Origin: Callorhinchus milii | Taxonomy: Eukaryota | Reading direction: 5' to 3' | Length of the DNA: 64,000 bases | NCBI RefSeq assembly: GCF_018977255.1 | Contig: NW_024704742.1 | Coordinates: 113,090,001 to 113,154,000 of the forward strand | Notes under the pieces: generated by a model | What the model was told of the DNA's origin: nothing | Databases searched by the model: none | Seen by the model: only the letters and a program-made list of their open reading frames with translations | In this document: in pieces, positions 24,157 to 37,638 of the stretch | Layout: each line of letters opens with the position of its first letter | How positions within the stretch are numbered: the first letter of the stretch is position 1 | Position numbers and translations under genes: made by a program

Positions 24157-26381
24157 ACGTAGAATCTATTCCCATTTGTTATGGACTACAGTCCCAATCT
24201 ATGTCTTGCTTGGGAGCTACTCTCAATACCACAAAATACTGTACCTAGAGTGCTAAGAATCTGTGCCAGCAAATCTCTACCGAGCAAGTTCCTCATTTCG
24301 ATCATTCCAACATGAGTTTAGCCAGTTAGACTCTCGGCACTTCTCCGCAGGACTAGGAAGACACTATATGCCACTAATGCCATTAAAACTACAAGCCTGA
24401 ATAGTTTTAATATAGCACTTTCCAGTCGCTCTGTTGATGCTGGGTTAAGGCTGCCTATTTAGCTTACTGAACTGCAGAGGAGAAGGAACAATGTTGAATC
24501 CCAACTCTGTTGTCATTCCATAGTTTGGCTTCTAATAGCTAAATTCAGAAATGAATGGAGCAGAGATCTGTTGTATCCTTAGTAAATAGTAGGTGTATAA
24601 TCAACTATTCGAAGCTGTATTATGAATATCACAAAGGCACCCAATATATTGCTGAGTACCAATTTCGCTTTATAACTAACGAGATAACAAAGTCTTGATA
24701 CAAATTACTTATCACAACTAAGTTTTTATCAGATATTGTTAAATCTTATTTGTTTTATTTTATTTTAATTCAATTCTATTGTAATCCTAACGTTTTGTTT
24801 TGTCAGCTGGGTGTCTGATACATGTGTTTCATTATACAGTACCCATTCGATAATAACCAGGTTCATGTTATATTCATGCCGCAGATTTGGTAGCAATTTT
24901 GTTCAATCTTATAATAATAATCTTTGCATTTGGTTTAGTGCCTTATCACATCTTCGTGACGTCTCAAAGCACTTCACAGAATATAGTGTAAAGTGAATTG
25001 ATTATATTTTGTGGGCGAATCTTACATGAACATATAACATTCACTTTCTAATCAATCTAATTTTGCAAAGAACTTTGAGGTGTTTATTTTCCATTTATTT
25101 TATATGAAACCATGATGTAAACACAAGTTGTTGTTCTTGTTTGAGCCATCTTAAATCATGCTGGAGCCTCCACCCTAACACCACAAGACCAAGGTTTCTT
25201 CGTCACTTTTCCTTTAAATCAGTGTTGCTATACAGCTGATATATCCATGTGGAAATGATCAATCTGTTGGGTTTGTTAAACTAGGGTCACAGCTTTCTGA
25301 AAATAGCCTGTGATGCGCTATCAACCCCCAACCTGATTTTTACCGTATCAGGGATTAACACTGAAAATGTTTTTTTTAACCTATTACTGTTTTGGCAAAA
25401 CACATCATATGCTACCAGAATCCGCGATCCTTTACTCAAATACCAGAAAGGTGTTTGTCCTGGTGTCCAGGTCACAATCCCCCAGATAAAATTGGTCTTT
25501 TATTTCACGCTGTTTGTGAGACATTGCTTTGCAAAATTCTCTGCTGTGTCTGCCCACAAAATACAGTCGTTCCACTTTACAATATATCCTGTGAAGCATT
25601 TTGGATGTTCTCCCGACATGAAAGGTGCTGTATCAAATGTAAGCATGATTTTTGTTATTATCATTAGTTTCCAAGAATTTCTTCCCCAGAGGTGAGCATT
25701 AGATAATGCTAGTTATAGTTTTGAAATGCACAAACTACACCATTATTTTGGTGGAAGGATAGAGGATTAAAAGGGTATGGAGATAAGGCAGAACAGTGGG
25801 ATTTAATGAACACCTTGCTCTAAGAGCCAGTATTGACTTGATAACCAGAATGACCTCCTTCTGTGGTGCAAATTTCTATGATTCTATGATTTTTTTTAAC
25901 CCACATACCAAGATACATTGAAAAGGAAATGGTTTGATATTTTTGGAAAACAGCTTGTTACATGAAATGGTGTAATAAAGGATGCTTTAATAGTTGTGGC
26001 AATGAGAGCTCTTCGTGGATTTCCACAGACTTTTCTATCTCACCTAGATTAACCTCATTTTTCTCCAGCCAGCAACTGAACCTCAATGCATTATGTATAA
26101 TAATAAAACCACAGAAGCATTGCCATATATACCTTGACCTCTGCAAGATTGCAACTGAATAAAAGATCAATATCCTTCCTTTTGGATTATTACCTTTTAG
26201 CAGAGGAGCAGTTTGTCCACAAAACAAATATTCAGAGACTTTCTGTCTTCCACCACTGGCATTTGACACACTTGAAACACAGACAGGTGTACAGATTGAT
26301 AGGAAAGAGTTTCATCATATACCGAGAGTTTTATGCAAATATGTAAAATTGTTGGAGTTTAAAAATGTGAGATATCTAACA

Positions 26382-26684
26382 TGGAGTCCTGCAGCACTTG
26401 CCTGGCAAGCGAAAGTCCTGGGTTCAATTCCCGGCAGGGCAAAACCTTGGGCAAGTTTCCTACTCCACATGCCTGATAATAACCCCTCAAGAAAACAAAA
26501 GCACAATAATAAATTGGTCATTTCAACCCACGACTGTTTGTGGGAAACTGCTGTACCCAATTAGCTGCCGCATTTCGCCCACAAATATATAGTAAATTCA
26601 CTTTACAGTATATTCATGAAGCGCTTTGAGATGTCTCGAAGATGTGAAAAGCGCTATATCAAATGCAAGGATTATTATTATTAT
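26382..26684 (+). mobile_element. tRNA-derived SINE (short subfamily) with the A box deleted
   Basis: TGGAGTCCTGCAGCACTTGCC head lacks CTCAGTGGTTAG; remainder matches the family. Confidence 0.9.
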
Positions 26685-27544
26685 ATTGTAACTTGATTCC
26701 TTAATAAGGAATCCAAGCCCCACAAATGGCAACTCCTTTGGCGTAATCATCACTACCATTCATGCGAACAACATTTCAACATAATCTGCTTCTGGTACAG
26801 GATTCCAGATCAGTGGGAATTCCAACAGCATTGCATGTGGAATTTCATTACAAAATATTATGTTCTTAACCTCATTGACATTTCTTGTGCTGGTGCTGTT
26901 TAACTGTAACCCCAAATTGCTACTCACAGGGTCCTATCTGGAGCTACATATTCCTTGCAGCATTCAGCTTAACAGCCCTGAAACTTCCTGCTTCTGGTGT
27001 AAATTCTAGTTCTGGCGAGTGCAGTGACTGGCATCTCAATATTCCTTTCAATAATTGGGGTCTAATGTGCAGCAAATTGTAATGGGATTCCTTAATTAGG
27101 GACACTGGATATAATTTATTGCTAACTTGTGGGAACTCCACGGCCAGACAATCGATTCTCAGAGCTGATGTCCTGCATGTTGGCTTGATGTAGGTGATAG
27201 ATTTCTGTCTGTCAGTTGGAATCCTCACTCAATCTGTTAAATAAGGAATCTCATGAGAAATTATTGGACATTAAATCCTTCAAGCCATAGAATTCTTGAA
27301 CAGAGTAGGAGGCCATTCGTCCTATTCTTTTAGTCTTTGCTATTCAAATGAAACCTGGCTCAGTTGGAAACGCAATTGCCTCTGAGACACAAGGTAATGG
27401 GTTCAACAGACACATTTGGACAATGAATTCATATATTCTCGGCTGAAATTCTGTGAAATAGTGGCACTGTCAAAGATGCCACCCTTCAGAAGGGATGTTA
27501 ACTTGAGGTCCCGACTGTCTGTTCTGGTGGACATTAAAGATAAT

Positions 27545-27851
27545 AGATGTCTCAAAGCGCTTCAGAGAATAAACTGTAAAGTGAATTGACTGTGCGTTTT
27601 GTGAACGAAATGCAGCAGCCAAATGTGCACAACAGTGTCCCACAAACAGTTGTGGATTGAGTGACCAAAGAAATATTAATATTTTTTAAGGAATTATTAC
27701 CCCCAGAAAGCGATCTACCAATCGACTAACAACCAGATTCCTACTTACTGCTAGGTAAGCAGGTGTGTGAAGTAAGGAAACATGCCCGACGTTTCGCCCT
27801 GCCCAGAATCAAACCCGGGTCCTGCTCTAACCATTAAGCTACAGGACTCCA
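27545..27851 (-). mobile_element. tRNA-derived SINE (long subfamily)
   Basis: Ends GCTACAGGACTCCA; contains the long-variant block CCAATCGACTAACAAC...CCTACTTACTGC. Confidence 0.85.
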
Positions 27852-29905
27852 TATCACAGTACTTGCAGTGCTGCATACAAGTACTTTTCTCAAACAGATG
27901 GCTTCTCCAGCTAAAGTCATGAGGAAACTGAAGCTACAACCTGCAAGGCACTCATAGATAATTATATTGTTTGCAAGGCTATGGGGAGAGAGCGAGGGAG
28001 TGGGATTGATTTGGATAGCTCTTTTCAAAGAGCCGGCATGGACACGATGGGCCGAATGGCCTCCTTCTGCGCTGTATAATTCCATGATTTTATAATTTGA
28101 AGGCACTCATCCCTAAAGTGCAACCCTATGAAGGTAACCACAAAGAGAAAGAGTGCTATTAGATGGAAGCAGAGAGCCTTTAAAGTAGTTTTGGAATATT
28201 CCTCACTTTTCCTAAAAATTCAGCAAATGCAACCTATGATTAAGCATGGCACAAAGTTAGGAAGGTTATTAGAGATATGAAGCGGGATCAATGGGTTTCC
28301 TCACTCTAACGGAGAGCATAATTACACAAGAACAATCCAAAATCTTTCTTCTGCTGGCTGAAATCTCTCGTCGGTAACAGCCTGAGGGGCCCCTCTGGGC
28401 TTATACCAGCGTTGGATTCTACAACAGACTCACGAGATTATCTTTGCCTGAAAGGGGCATTATACATCAGTTGGTATCTGGCCTAACAGGCTGTAGCAGA
28501 GATCCAAAAGCATGGAGGATGGAAGAGCTGTCAGGAGATGTGGAACACATTGAAGGCCTTAACCTTTGGGAAGAGGTGGACTCTGCACTGTGGGACTTTG
28601 CTAATAGCAAAGCAGCTGTTCCGGATATGAATAATGCTGAGTTCCTAAAAGCTGCTCAGGGTGATGGGGGATGGAGAATGGTGAGCATCTCACAGATCCA
28701 AGCCAGCTCTTCTTGGAGAGTTTGGAACTGCCCTCCTAACACTGATCAACAGGATTATCTCTGAGGCACGCACACTATCAGTGTTCCTTGTGTAGGTGGC
28801 ATATATGTAACTCTGCTTGGTTTGGATACTGGTTATGGGTTTCTGCATGTGTCAGAAACCTAGCAGACCAAGAAGTTCATATAGATATTTAGAATTTTTG
28901 AAGCCATTAATAGATGTAGCATCAACTATTTGATGGGGGGAAAATAATTATTAGGAACATAGAAACAATGGGCCATTTGGTCCATTAAAGCTGTTCCTCC
29001 AGTCTGTTACATATTTTTTATGGCAGATCTTTTTATCCCGTTACTCTGACTTTTTTCCCACATCCCTTAATACTCCTACTTCCCAAATAGCTATCTATCT
29101 CCCTTTTAAACATGCCAATCGATTCTGCCTCTAAGACCTTTTTGGCAGTGCATTCCACATTCTCACAACCATATGCGCTGTGAAACCAGTAATCAATTGT
29201 TTTTTCTGTGGCTGTTGTACAACCCAATTCAGAATGTCACCCTGTGGAGAATCTATCAAGTAATAGATCCTCCTAATCTCAGCAGCCAGTTTCTTAGCAC
29301 GTCTATAAATGGAACAAGTGTAGATAGTTTGAAATACAATCACGTAAACACCTTCAAACGCAGCAATGCAGAATTCTGTTGTCCATTGCCCAACTTGTGA
29401 ATTTTGTACATATTTTTACATAAGTGCAAATGCAGTATTAGCATCTGAAAAGAGATGCTAAGTATTTGGGAATAATTTTCCTTTATATTTTATTACGACA
29501 AATGTATTTTACTGTGGTTTATTTATCTTAATGCATATGAAATCTACTTTCTCTTAACCCCATGTTTTTAACCCCAAAATGGATAGTTTTGCATATCTAC
29601 AACAGCAACTTGCATTTATATAGTGGTCCCTCACATAGGAAAGCATCCCAGAGGGCTTGGCAGTGATGGAGCACGACAATGAGACGTTGGGGGGGAAGTG
29701 ACTGTAGGCATGGTCAAAGAAGAAGGTCTTCAGGCACGACCTGAAGATGGGGAAGGAAGGGACAAGGCGGAGGGATAGAGGAAGAATGCTCAAGAGTTTA
29801 GGGGGGTAGTGGTTGAAACCATGGCTGCTAATGTTGGAACAGAGGGCACGAAGGACATGCAGAAGGCTGGAGCCAATCGAGCAGAAGCAGTGGGTTATGG
29901 GTTAA

Positions 29906-30158
29906 ACAAAACACAAAATACTGCAGATGCTGGAATCTGAAACAAAAACAGAGAGAGCTGGGAAAACTCAGCAGGTCAGGCAGCATCTATGGAGAAAGGA
30001 AAATGAGTCAACGTTTCAAGTCCATGGAACCCTGTTCTGATGAAGGGTCATGGACCCGAAACGTTCACTCACTTTCCTTCCAGTTCTGACGAAGGGTCAC
30101 TTTCCTTTCTCCATAGATGCTGCCTGACCTGTTGAGTTTTTCCAGCTCTCTCTGTTTT
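29906..30158. mobile_element. Penelope-like element-derived foldback insert with 13-bp target-site duplication
   Basis: Inverted arms (AAAACAGAGAGAGCTGGGAAAACTCAGCAGGTCAGGCAGCATCTATGGAGAAAGGAAA vs TTTCCTTTCTCCATAGATGCTGCCTGACCTGTTGAGTTTTTCCAGCTCTCTCTGTTTT); GGTTATGGGTTAA at 29893-29905 and 30159-30171. Confidence 0.8.
30037..30066 (+). ncRNA. Minimal hammerhead ribozyme core motif
   Basis: CTGATGA-A-GGGTC-ATG-GACCC-GAAA-CGTT: conserved CUGANGA, 5-bp stem II, GAAA, palindromic ACGU. Confidence 0.7.
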
Positions 30159-33100
30159 GGTTATGGGTTAAGTCTGTCGGTGAGGTAGGAAAGTTCCAGG
30201 GCACAAAGGGATTTGAAAACTAGTGTGAGGATCTTGAAATCGATCTGTTCGGTAATGGGGATCCAAAGGAGCCTGGCTAGAACTAGTGTAATGGGGGTAC
30301 GGAGTTTAGTGCGGGTGAGTATGTAGGTGACAGAGTGTTGGATCAGCTGAATCCTGTGCATGATGGAGCTGGGAGATCAGCAAAGATGGCATTTGAAAAG
30401 TGGGAAGAAGTAGCATCTGATTTCCTTGCTTTTAATATTAAGCTGATTATTTTACCTAACAATTTTTCCTCATCATTTCTTGTCCAGCGTTGTCTCTCCT
30501 CTTTTGTGCCAGTTTTCTAATCCCAATTAATATGCAGCATGAGCCACCTTCACCCACCAAGATGCAGGTATCATGGTTTCTGCAATATTAATCTACATGT
30601 GCTGTTATTTTATCCTGTAGGGCCTCTGGGTCTCACAGCCATTAATATATTCAACCTGAAAATGCTTGAGGTTTGTCACTCGAAAAATGGAACATATTTG
30701 TTGGTGCAAATGCAATTCAAAAATGCTGATCGGTTCACAAAGTGGAATTCATCCTCAAAATCACTAGAAGTGATTCCTAATGCATCAGTAAGGTTCCATC
30801 ACTCATTCCATATCGGAAATTCATTCCAATATACAAAGCAGTAACTGTATTGATTTAAATGCTTTGGTGATAATAAAATCTGATCCAAGCATGAGTTATA
30901 GCACTAGTGGCATATTAAATGCTTTGAAATATCAGAAAATTGGCAGGTTACTTAAAACGAGACAGTCCTTTTTCCAATTTTCCATCGGGATAATTGTTGT
31001 TTTCATCTATTAGTGATCAGCATTTAACACTAAGCTAAGCCTATGTAGGAAAGTGCAATGTGCTGCTTTCTGCAAGTCACTAAATTTGCATCAAAATTAT
31101 CAACAATCAGAAAATAGAACCACAGGACTTCAGATTTAGAGTTCAATTTTGTTTTCTTTCACCAATTTTCTGCTTCGGCTTTCTTGTCTTCTATCCTCCC
31201 TCTGAATGTTTTGACTTTTTTTCCTTCCGGTAAGGGCATGGTTTCACAGATACTAGTCACCCCACAATACCATGTCCAAGCGATCATTATTCATGTGGAG
31301 ACTTGAGAGTCTGTGACATCAGACTAATCAAATGAGGGGGTATCGTCATTGAGACTGATCCTTTCATTGCTCAATATCCACAGCTATGCATCTCTGGTAG
31401 AAGTCACTGAACAATGAGCAATGGGTAGCAATTCCATCTGGATCTAGATTTACTCCATTTATGCAGCATTTCACACATCCAGAATTTGGCAAATTCTTAA
31501 AATACAGCATTACTTTTTTAGCAGTTTTGTATAAGTTCTTTTAAGAACTGAATTCAACAAGTTGGCAAGCTCAAATGCTACTTTAACAGACTGAGTGTGT
31601 GCCCAGAGGAAATTTGAAGTGGGAATCATAGCAGATATTTCCCTCTCCAATCCATGGTGCTAAGGCCATCTATAAAATATTTACAGCCAGCCCAGCTATG
31701 ATCAGATAATTCAATCCAGATCAGGGATCAAAGTAGTGTTCTTCCCAGCCTGTATGGCTCCGGTACTCACTGAATAAACAAACTGCATTGGTCCAGCTCA
31801 TTTAGCCCTAACATTTGGATTTGTGATTAACAGGCAGATATTATGTCCATTGAGGGTAACTGGAAGGATTAATTTTCCATTACTATAATGGAGCTGCTCA
31901 CAGGTCAGTCAGGGAGCAGCAGTGCCACCCAGCATGGATGCTGGTTAAACCCTATCAGCAGACAAATGAGGAAGACTATTTGAGTATCGCAGGGATAATT
32001 TAAAGGAGGGACAGAAGATGTAAATATATAAGCCATCTCTTTGACTGCACCTTTGGCCGCCTCCCTCTTATCTCCCACCATGCTCAGGTTTCCATTCCAT
32101 CTTTGTAAAGCAGTTTGAGATGTTTTCCTACATTGAAAAGCAATGTGCAAGTTATAGATACAAGTTCTAATAACCTGGTGGAACAGGCTCGATGAGCTGA
32201 ATGTTCTCCTCCTGTTCCTATTTCATTTCTTCTGTTGTTGCAATTCAGCAGTTGTTGTTACTGTAAAGTTAAAAAGTAGTAGCCAGTTCACAAAGGTCAC
32301 CTCATAGCAGCTTAAAGTTGGTTGAATTTTTTTTTACAACCACTCAAAATGTATATATTCTATGTGAATTTATGTACTATTCCAAGTGTACACAAGAGGT
32401 AATGGATTGAACAGAGCATTGGCATTGCATTAGTCATCTTCACACCATCAAGGAAACTGGAACAAGGAAGCTTACTTCTTAACTTGCCATGAAAAGGGAA
32501 TTAAATAAACAGATTTTCAACCACTGGGCTATTTCAACTTCAAAAATGTTTTCAAAACCTGCCTGATTTCATCTTCTTACTTGTCACTGTAAGCAATTGA
32601 GTCTGGCTTTGCTTTGAAGAAATGTCTTCTTGCCTGGGACTAACTAATAAGAACAGGCTGTTTGCACTTCACTTTAAAAGAAGAAGTGAATGGATTAGCT
32701 TGAGAGCTGAAGCGCCAGGATGTAGACTTTGGTTGAAGAGGTGTTTGCTGTACCTCAAGCTGACTGTGAGGCGTATCAACAAAAGTGTGCATGTGGAAGC
32801 CTATCCCAATGCTTAAAGGTTTCAGGATGCAGGCTTTATTTATAGAGGATGCACAACACTTTATACTGCACATTACGTAAGCATGGAAGAACAACAAAGG
32901 CCCAAAGGCAAAGCAGTGAATCAGTAATCTCCCTGTGGTACCAAAGCAGCACAGATCAGACCAAGTATATGTACCACTGGATCCATTCAAGGCATCATTA
33001 TATCTGACGACTGACATTCTAACATCCATTTAAAGATAATCCCAGTCTGAGAGTAAGTGACCGCCCCGTGTAGTCACATCTTTACTTTGCAACATTAATC

Positions 33101-34607
33101 TCATCCAATAATTGGCTTGTTGATGTTTTTAGATGTCAATGAAATTTTGTACAGCTACATTGAACTTAGAATAATAAAACACTAATAATCCTTACATATG
33201 GCATAGAGCCTTTCATGTCGGGAGGATGCCTTCACAGAATATACTGTAAAGTGTAGTGCCTGTGTACTTTTTAATTGAACGTGGCAGTCAAGTTGGGCAC
33301 AGCAATTCCCACCAGGTGTATAATTGAGAACTAGTGTGACTACAATCTAATTACACATTAGCAACTTGGCACTGAAATTATTGACTGGCTGATAGGATGT
33401 TATCCCTAAGTCTTCAATATTGTTGAGATGTAATGTATCCCCATCCAGTAACTGACATTAGAAGCTGCTTGAATATCTGTTATAAAGGATGTGGTTGTAT
33501 GTTTCCAAACAATGATTTATTTGATAGTGGCAGCGCAATGTGTGTTATAGCAGAGATTGCAGGTGTATCAAAAATAATACTGAACATTAGCTTTATGAAG
33601 TTTTTGTGTGTCAGCCTGTCACAGTTGGGGAGCACTGTAATATCAAATGCAAGCATTATTGTTTTTATTATTATCTTAATAGATGTAGAAGCAAAAATAC
33701 TTTGACCTTGTACTCATTGGCAACTTAGAGTGTACCAAAGTCTCCAGCTGGTTTTAAGGACATGCTGACAGTTCTTGGCATTTTATGAGCCAAATCAACC
33801 CTGCACCGGATGCCAATGTGTTCTATGCCTGCTGTAAGGTTCCTAACTTCTGTTACCTGATCACCTAATGTGCAGTTCCAACATCTTTTCAACCCATTCC
33901 TGTGCACCCAAAATTCCATCTCTGATATTGTGCCTGTCTTTCTTTATAATGACAGTGAGATACTCGCCAGAGGCCAGCATGTAACAATTTTGGAAGGTAT
34001 CTCTTGTAAGGAATGATGTGTTGAGTACTTCACTGGAGTCATTGTAGTTAAGAGTGAGCAACGAAATTGCTTTGAAATTGAGCAATGAAATTCAAATCCC
34101 GTTCCTAGAAGTAAAAATGAAATTCAACTCAAGGAATGGGGCAAAAAGGTAAGGGGAGAGAGCAGTTAAGTGTATATGAAAGGTTGCTCTTACAATAGCC
34201 TGCACAGACATGATGGGTTGCATGACCTTCTACTGTGGTATAAATTTCTAGGGTTCTAAAGCTGATATTGGACAAAAGATTTGATTTTAAAACAAATGCC
34301 AATTAATCGAGGGTGTATACCATATGTATTAAGGTAAAGCTGTTGACATGCTCTTCCATTGTTAGAGATTTGTGGGCAATTGGCTTCCACGATTCGCCCA
34401 CAAAATATAGTCAATTCACTTTAGAGTATATTTGTGAAGGTCTTTGAGACATCTCAAAGCCATGATAAGGAGTTAAACCAAATGCAAGGATTATTATTAT
34501 TTCCTCCATGCTTGGTTCATGCCTCAGATTCTCCTGGAATTCGGACATTAGAGATCCCAAAAAAGTTTCATGGATAACAGACCAGGCAAAGCAAATATTC
34601 TTCTAAT

Positions 34608-36210
34608 TCATAGAATCATAGAATTATACAGCACAGAAGGAGGCTATTTGGCCCATTGAGTTGGTGCCAGCTCTTTGAAAAAAGCTATCCAGTTCAATCT
34701 CACACTCCCGAGCTCTCCCCATAGCCCTGCAAACTTGTCCTCACCAAATAATTATCTATAATAATAATAATCCTTGCATTTGATATAGCGCTTTTCACGT
34801 CAGGAGGACGTCCCAAAGCGCTTCACAGAACACACTGTAAAGTGAATTGACTGTATATTTGTGGGCGAACGCAGCAGCCAATTGCGCACAGCAATGTCCC
34901 ACAAGCAGTCATAGATTGAAAATGACCAATTTAATTATTGTTTTTGTTTTTTTGGAGGGATTATTATTAGGCGTGTGGAGTAAGGAAACTTGCCCAAGGT
35001 TTCGCCCTGTGCCTGGAATTGAACTCAGGTCTCTCACTTGCAAAGCGAGTGCTCTAACCACTGAGCTACAGGACTCCACTTCTCTCTTAAAAGTTGTTAT
35101 CGAATCGGTTTCCACCACCCTTTCAGGCAATGCATTCCAGATCCGAACAACTCACTGTGTGAAAAAAATTCTCCTCACCTCCCCTCTGTTTCTTCTAACA
35201 ACTATTTAAAATCGGTGTCCTTGGGTTACCGATCCATCCGCCAGTGGAAATAGTTTCTCCTTGTTCACCCCATCAAATCCCCTCATAATTTTGAAAACTT
35301 CTATTAGGTCTCCTCTTAGCCTTCTCTGCTCCAAGGAGAATAATCCTCGCTTCTCTATCCTGTCCTGATTACTGAAGTCCCTGATTCCTGGTACCATCCT
35401 GGAAAATCTTCTTTGCACCCTCTCCAATGCCTTGACCTCCTTCCTAAAGTGTGGGGCCCAGAACTGAACACAGTACTCTCGCTGAGACCTAACCAGTGTT
35501 TTATAAAGGTTTATCATAACTTCCTGACTTTTGTATTCTATGCCCCTATTTATAAAGCCTAGTATCTCATATGCTTTTTTAACAGCTTTATCTACATATC
35601 CTGCCAGCTTCAGAGATTAATTATATGAACCCCCAGGTCTCGCTGCTCCTTCACCCCCTTTAAGATTGTACCATCAGCTTATATTGCCTCTCCTCATTCT
35701 TCCTCCCAAATGCATCACTTCAGATTTCTCCACATGAAACTTCATCTGCCACGTGTCTGCCCATTTTACCAGTCTATCTATGTCCATTTGGAGTTTGCTA
35801 CTATCCTCCTCACTGTTTACTACTTTTCCTAGCTTAGTATCATCTGCAAATGTGGAAATTGTATTCCTTATACCCAAGTCCAAGTTATTTATATAGATCA
35901 AAAATAGCAGTGTTCCCAATACTGACCGGTTGGGAACACAACGGCACACTTCCTTCCAGTCAGAAAAACAACCGTTCACCACCACTCTCTGCTTTCTGTC
36001 TCCCAGCCAGTTCTGTATCCATGCTGCCACTGTCTCTTTAAAACTGTAGGCTTCTATTTTGCTTACAAGTCTCTTATGTGGCACTTTATCAAACGCCTTT
36101 TGAAAATCCATATAAACTACATCAACTGCACTACCTTCATCCACCCTCTCCGTTACTTCATCAAAAAACTCTATCAGGTTTGTTAGACATGATTTCCCTT
36201 TAACAAATCA
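34608..36210 (-). mobile_element. CR1-clade LINE fragment with RT domain, interrupted by a SINE at 34758-35078
   Basis: VDVVYMDFQKAFDKVPHKRL...SVLGTLLFLIYINNLD...FADDTKLG; TTCTATGA-type tail at ~34608. Confidence 0.94.
34758..35078 (-). mobile_element. tRNA-derived SINE, full length (short subfamily), nested in CR1
   Basis: Same family as 18854-19182; CR1 3' sequence resumes on both sides. Confidence 0.93.
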
Positions 36211-36211
36211 C

Positions 36212-36453
36212 TATTGGCTGTCCTCCATCCCACAGTTCCGTCGCCATGCTCCCTCCCTTGCCTCCTTCAAGGCACGTCTCAAGACCCTCCTCTTTGACCA
36301 CACCTTTGGTCACCCTCCTCCCCTTACCCAGCCTGCCCTCCACCCCTCCTGATCCCATTCCTTTCTTGGGTCGAAATCCCTGATTGTCCTGCGCCTTGGG
36401 ACGTCCTCCCTACATGAAAAGTGCTATACAAATATAATTTGTCGTTATTGTTG
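36212..36453 (+). mobile_element. L2 3' end fragment
   Basis: CCTCCTTCAAGGCACGTCTCAAGACCCTCCTCTTTGAC followed by the L2 terminal motif. Confidence 0.8.
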
Positions 36454-36634
36454 AAGACGTATTGGGACCTGGCCAATTGTGGTGAAATAACCAATTCAAA
36501 TAATTGGACATCAAGAACAAACCAACTTGCTACAGTGCCAACTAAAAGTTTGTTCTATTCAGTTGGTTGTACCACTGTCACTACATTACTATATTGAGCT
36601 CTTTATTCTTTTTCTCTGCCTTTCCTCTTTTGAG

Positions 36635-37098
36635 TCCCAGGAATGAGGGACCTTGATTATGAGGAAAGGCGAGAGAGGTTAGGATTATTCTCATTGGAGC
36701 AGAGAAGGTTACGAGGAGATCTAATAGAGGTCTTCAAAATCATGAGGGGATTTGATAGGTTAGAAAGGGAAAAACTGTTTCCACTGGTGGGTGTGTCGGT
36801 GACACGAGGTCACAGATTCAAAATAGTATCTAAAAGAAACAGGGGAGGTGAGAAGAAATGTTTTCACGCAGCGAGTTGTTCGAATCTGGAACGCATTACC
36901 TGAAAGGGTGGTTGAGACCGATTTGATAACTACTTTTAAAAACGCAGTGGACGGGTATTTGAGGAGGACGGGTTTGCAGGGTTATGAGGAAAGAGCTGGA
37001 GAGTGGGATTGACATTAATTGCTCTATTCAAAGATCTGGCACAAACTCGATGGGCCAAATGGCCTCTTTTTGTGCTGTACAATTCTATGATTCTATGA
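36635..37098 (+). mobile_element. CR1-clade LINE 3' end
   Basis: MRDLDYEERRERLGLFSLEQRRLRGDLIEVFKIM; ends TTCTATGATTCTATGA. Confidence 0.92.
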
Positions 37099-37324
37099 GT
37101 GTCTCTCTCTCTCTCTCTCTCTTTCTGAGTCGTTCGAACTTTCTTTCTCGATCTTTTTCTGACCTTAATCCTATACTGCTTACACTATGGAAGAATGATC
37201 TTCATACTATCCCGTGAAGTATTGCACATACAGGGTAGTTGCAAAAATCACCGTGCACAGCAGCTAGATTGTGTTCCTAACAACTGTTTACACAAGTGCA
37301 CAACTTCACACATGCACAGAACTG

Positions 37325-37638
37325 TAATAATAATAATCCTTGCATTTGATATAGCGCTTTTCATGTCAGGAGGACGTCCCAAAGCGCTTCACAGAACACA
37401 CTGTAAAGTGAATTGACTGTATATTTGTGGGCGAACGTGGCAGCCAATTGCGCACAGCAATGTCCCACAAAGAGTCGTAAATTGAAAATGACCAATTTTA
37501 TTATTGTTTTTTTTTTGGAGGGATTATTATTAGGCGTGTGGAGTAAGGAAACTTGCCCAAGGTTTTGCCCTGCCTGGAATTGAACTCAGGTCTCTTGCTT
37601 GCAAAGTGAGTGCTCTAACCACTGAGCTACAGGACTCC
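37325..37638 (-). mobile_element. tRNA-derived SINE, full length (short subfamily)
   Basis: Close match to 5473-5794 and 34758-35078. Confidence 0.93.

Larger units (their letters stand above)
29597..30400 (-). mobile_element. Older L2-clade LINE 3' fragment, interrupted by a Penelope-type insert
   Basis: HRIQLIQHSVTYILTRTK...LLWIPITEQIDFKIL and FRSCLKTFFFDHAY; CAA-type tail at ~29597. Confidence 0.85.

Noticed and set aside
28444..28764. 106-aa ORF
   Set aside because: No recognisable domain, non-ATG start, and it overlaps an old repeat
32640..33029. 129-aa minus-strand ORF
   Set aside because: No recognisable homology or coding signature
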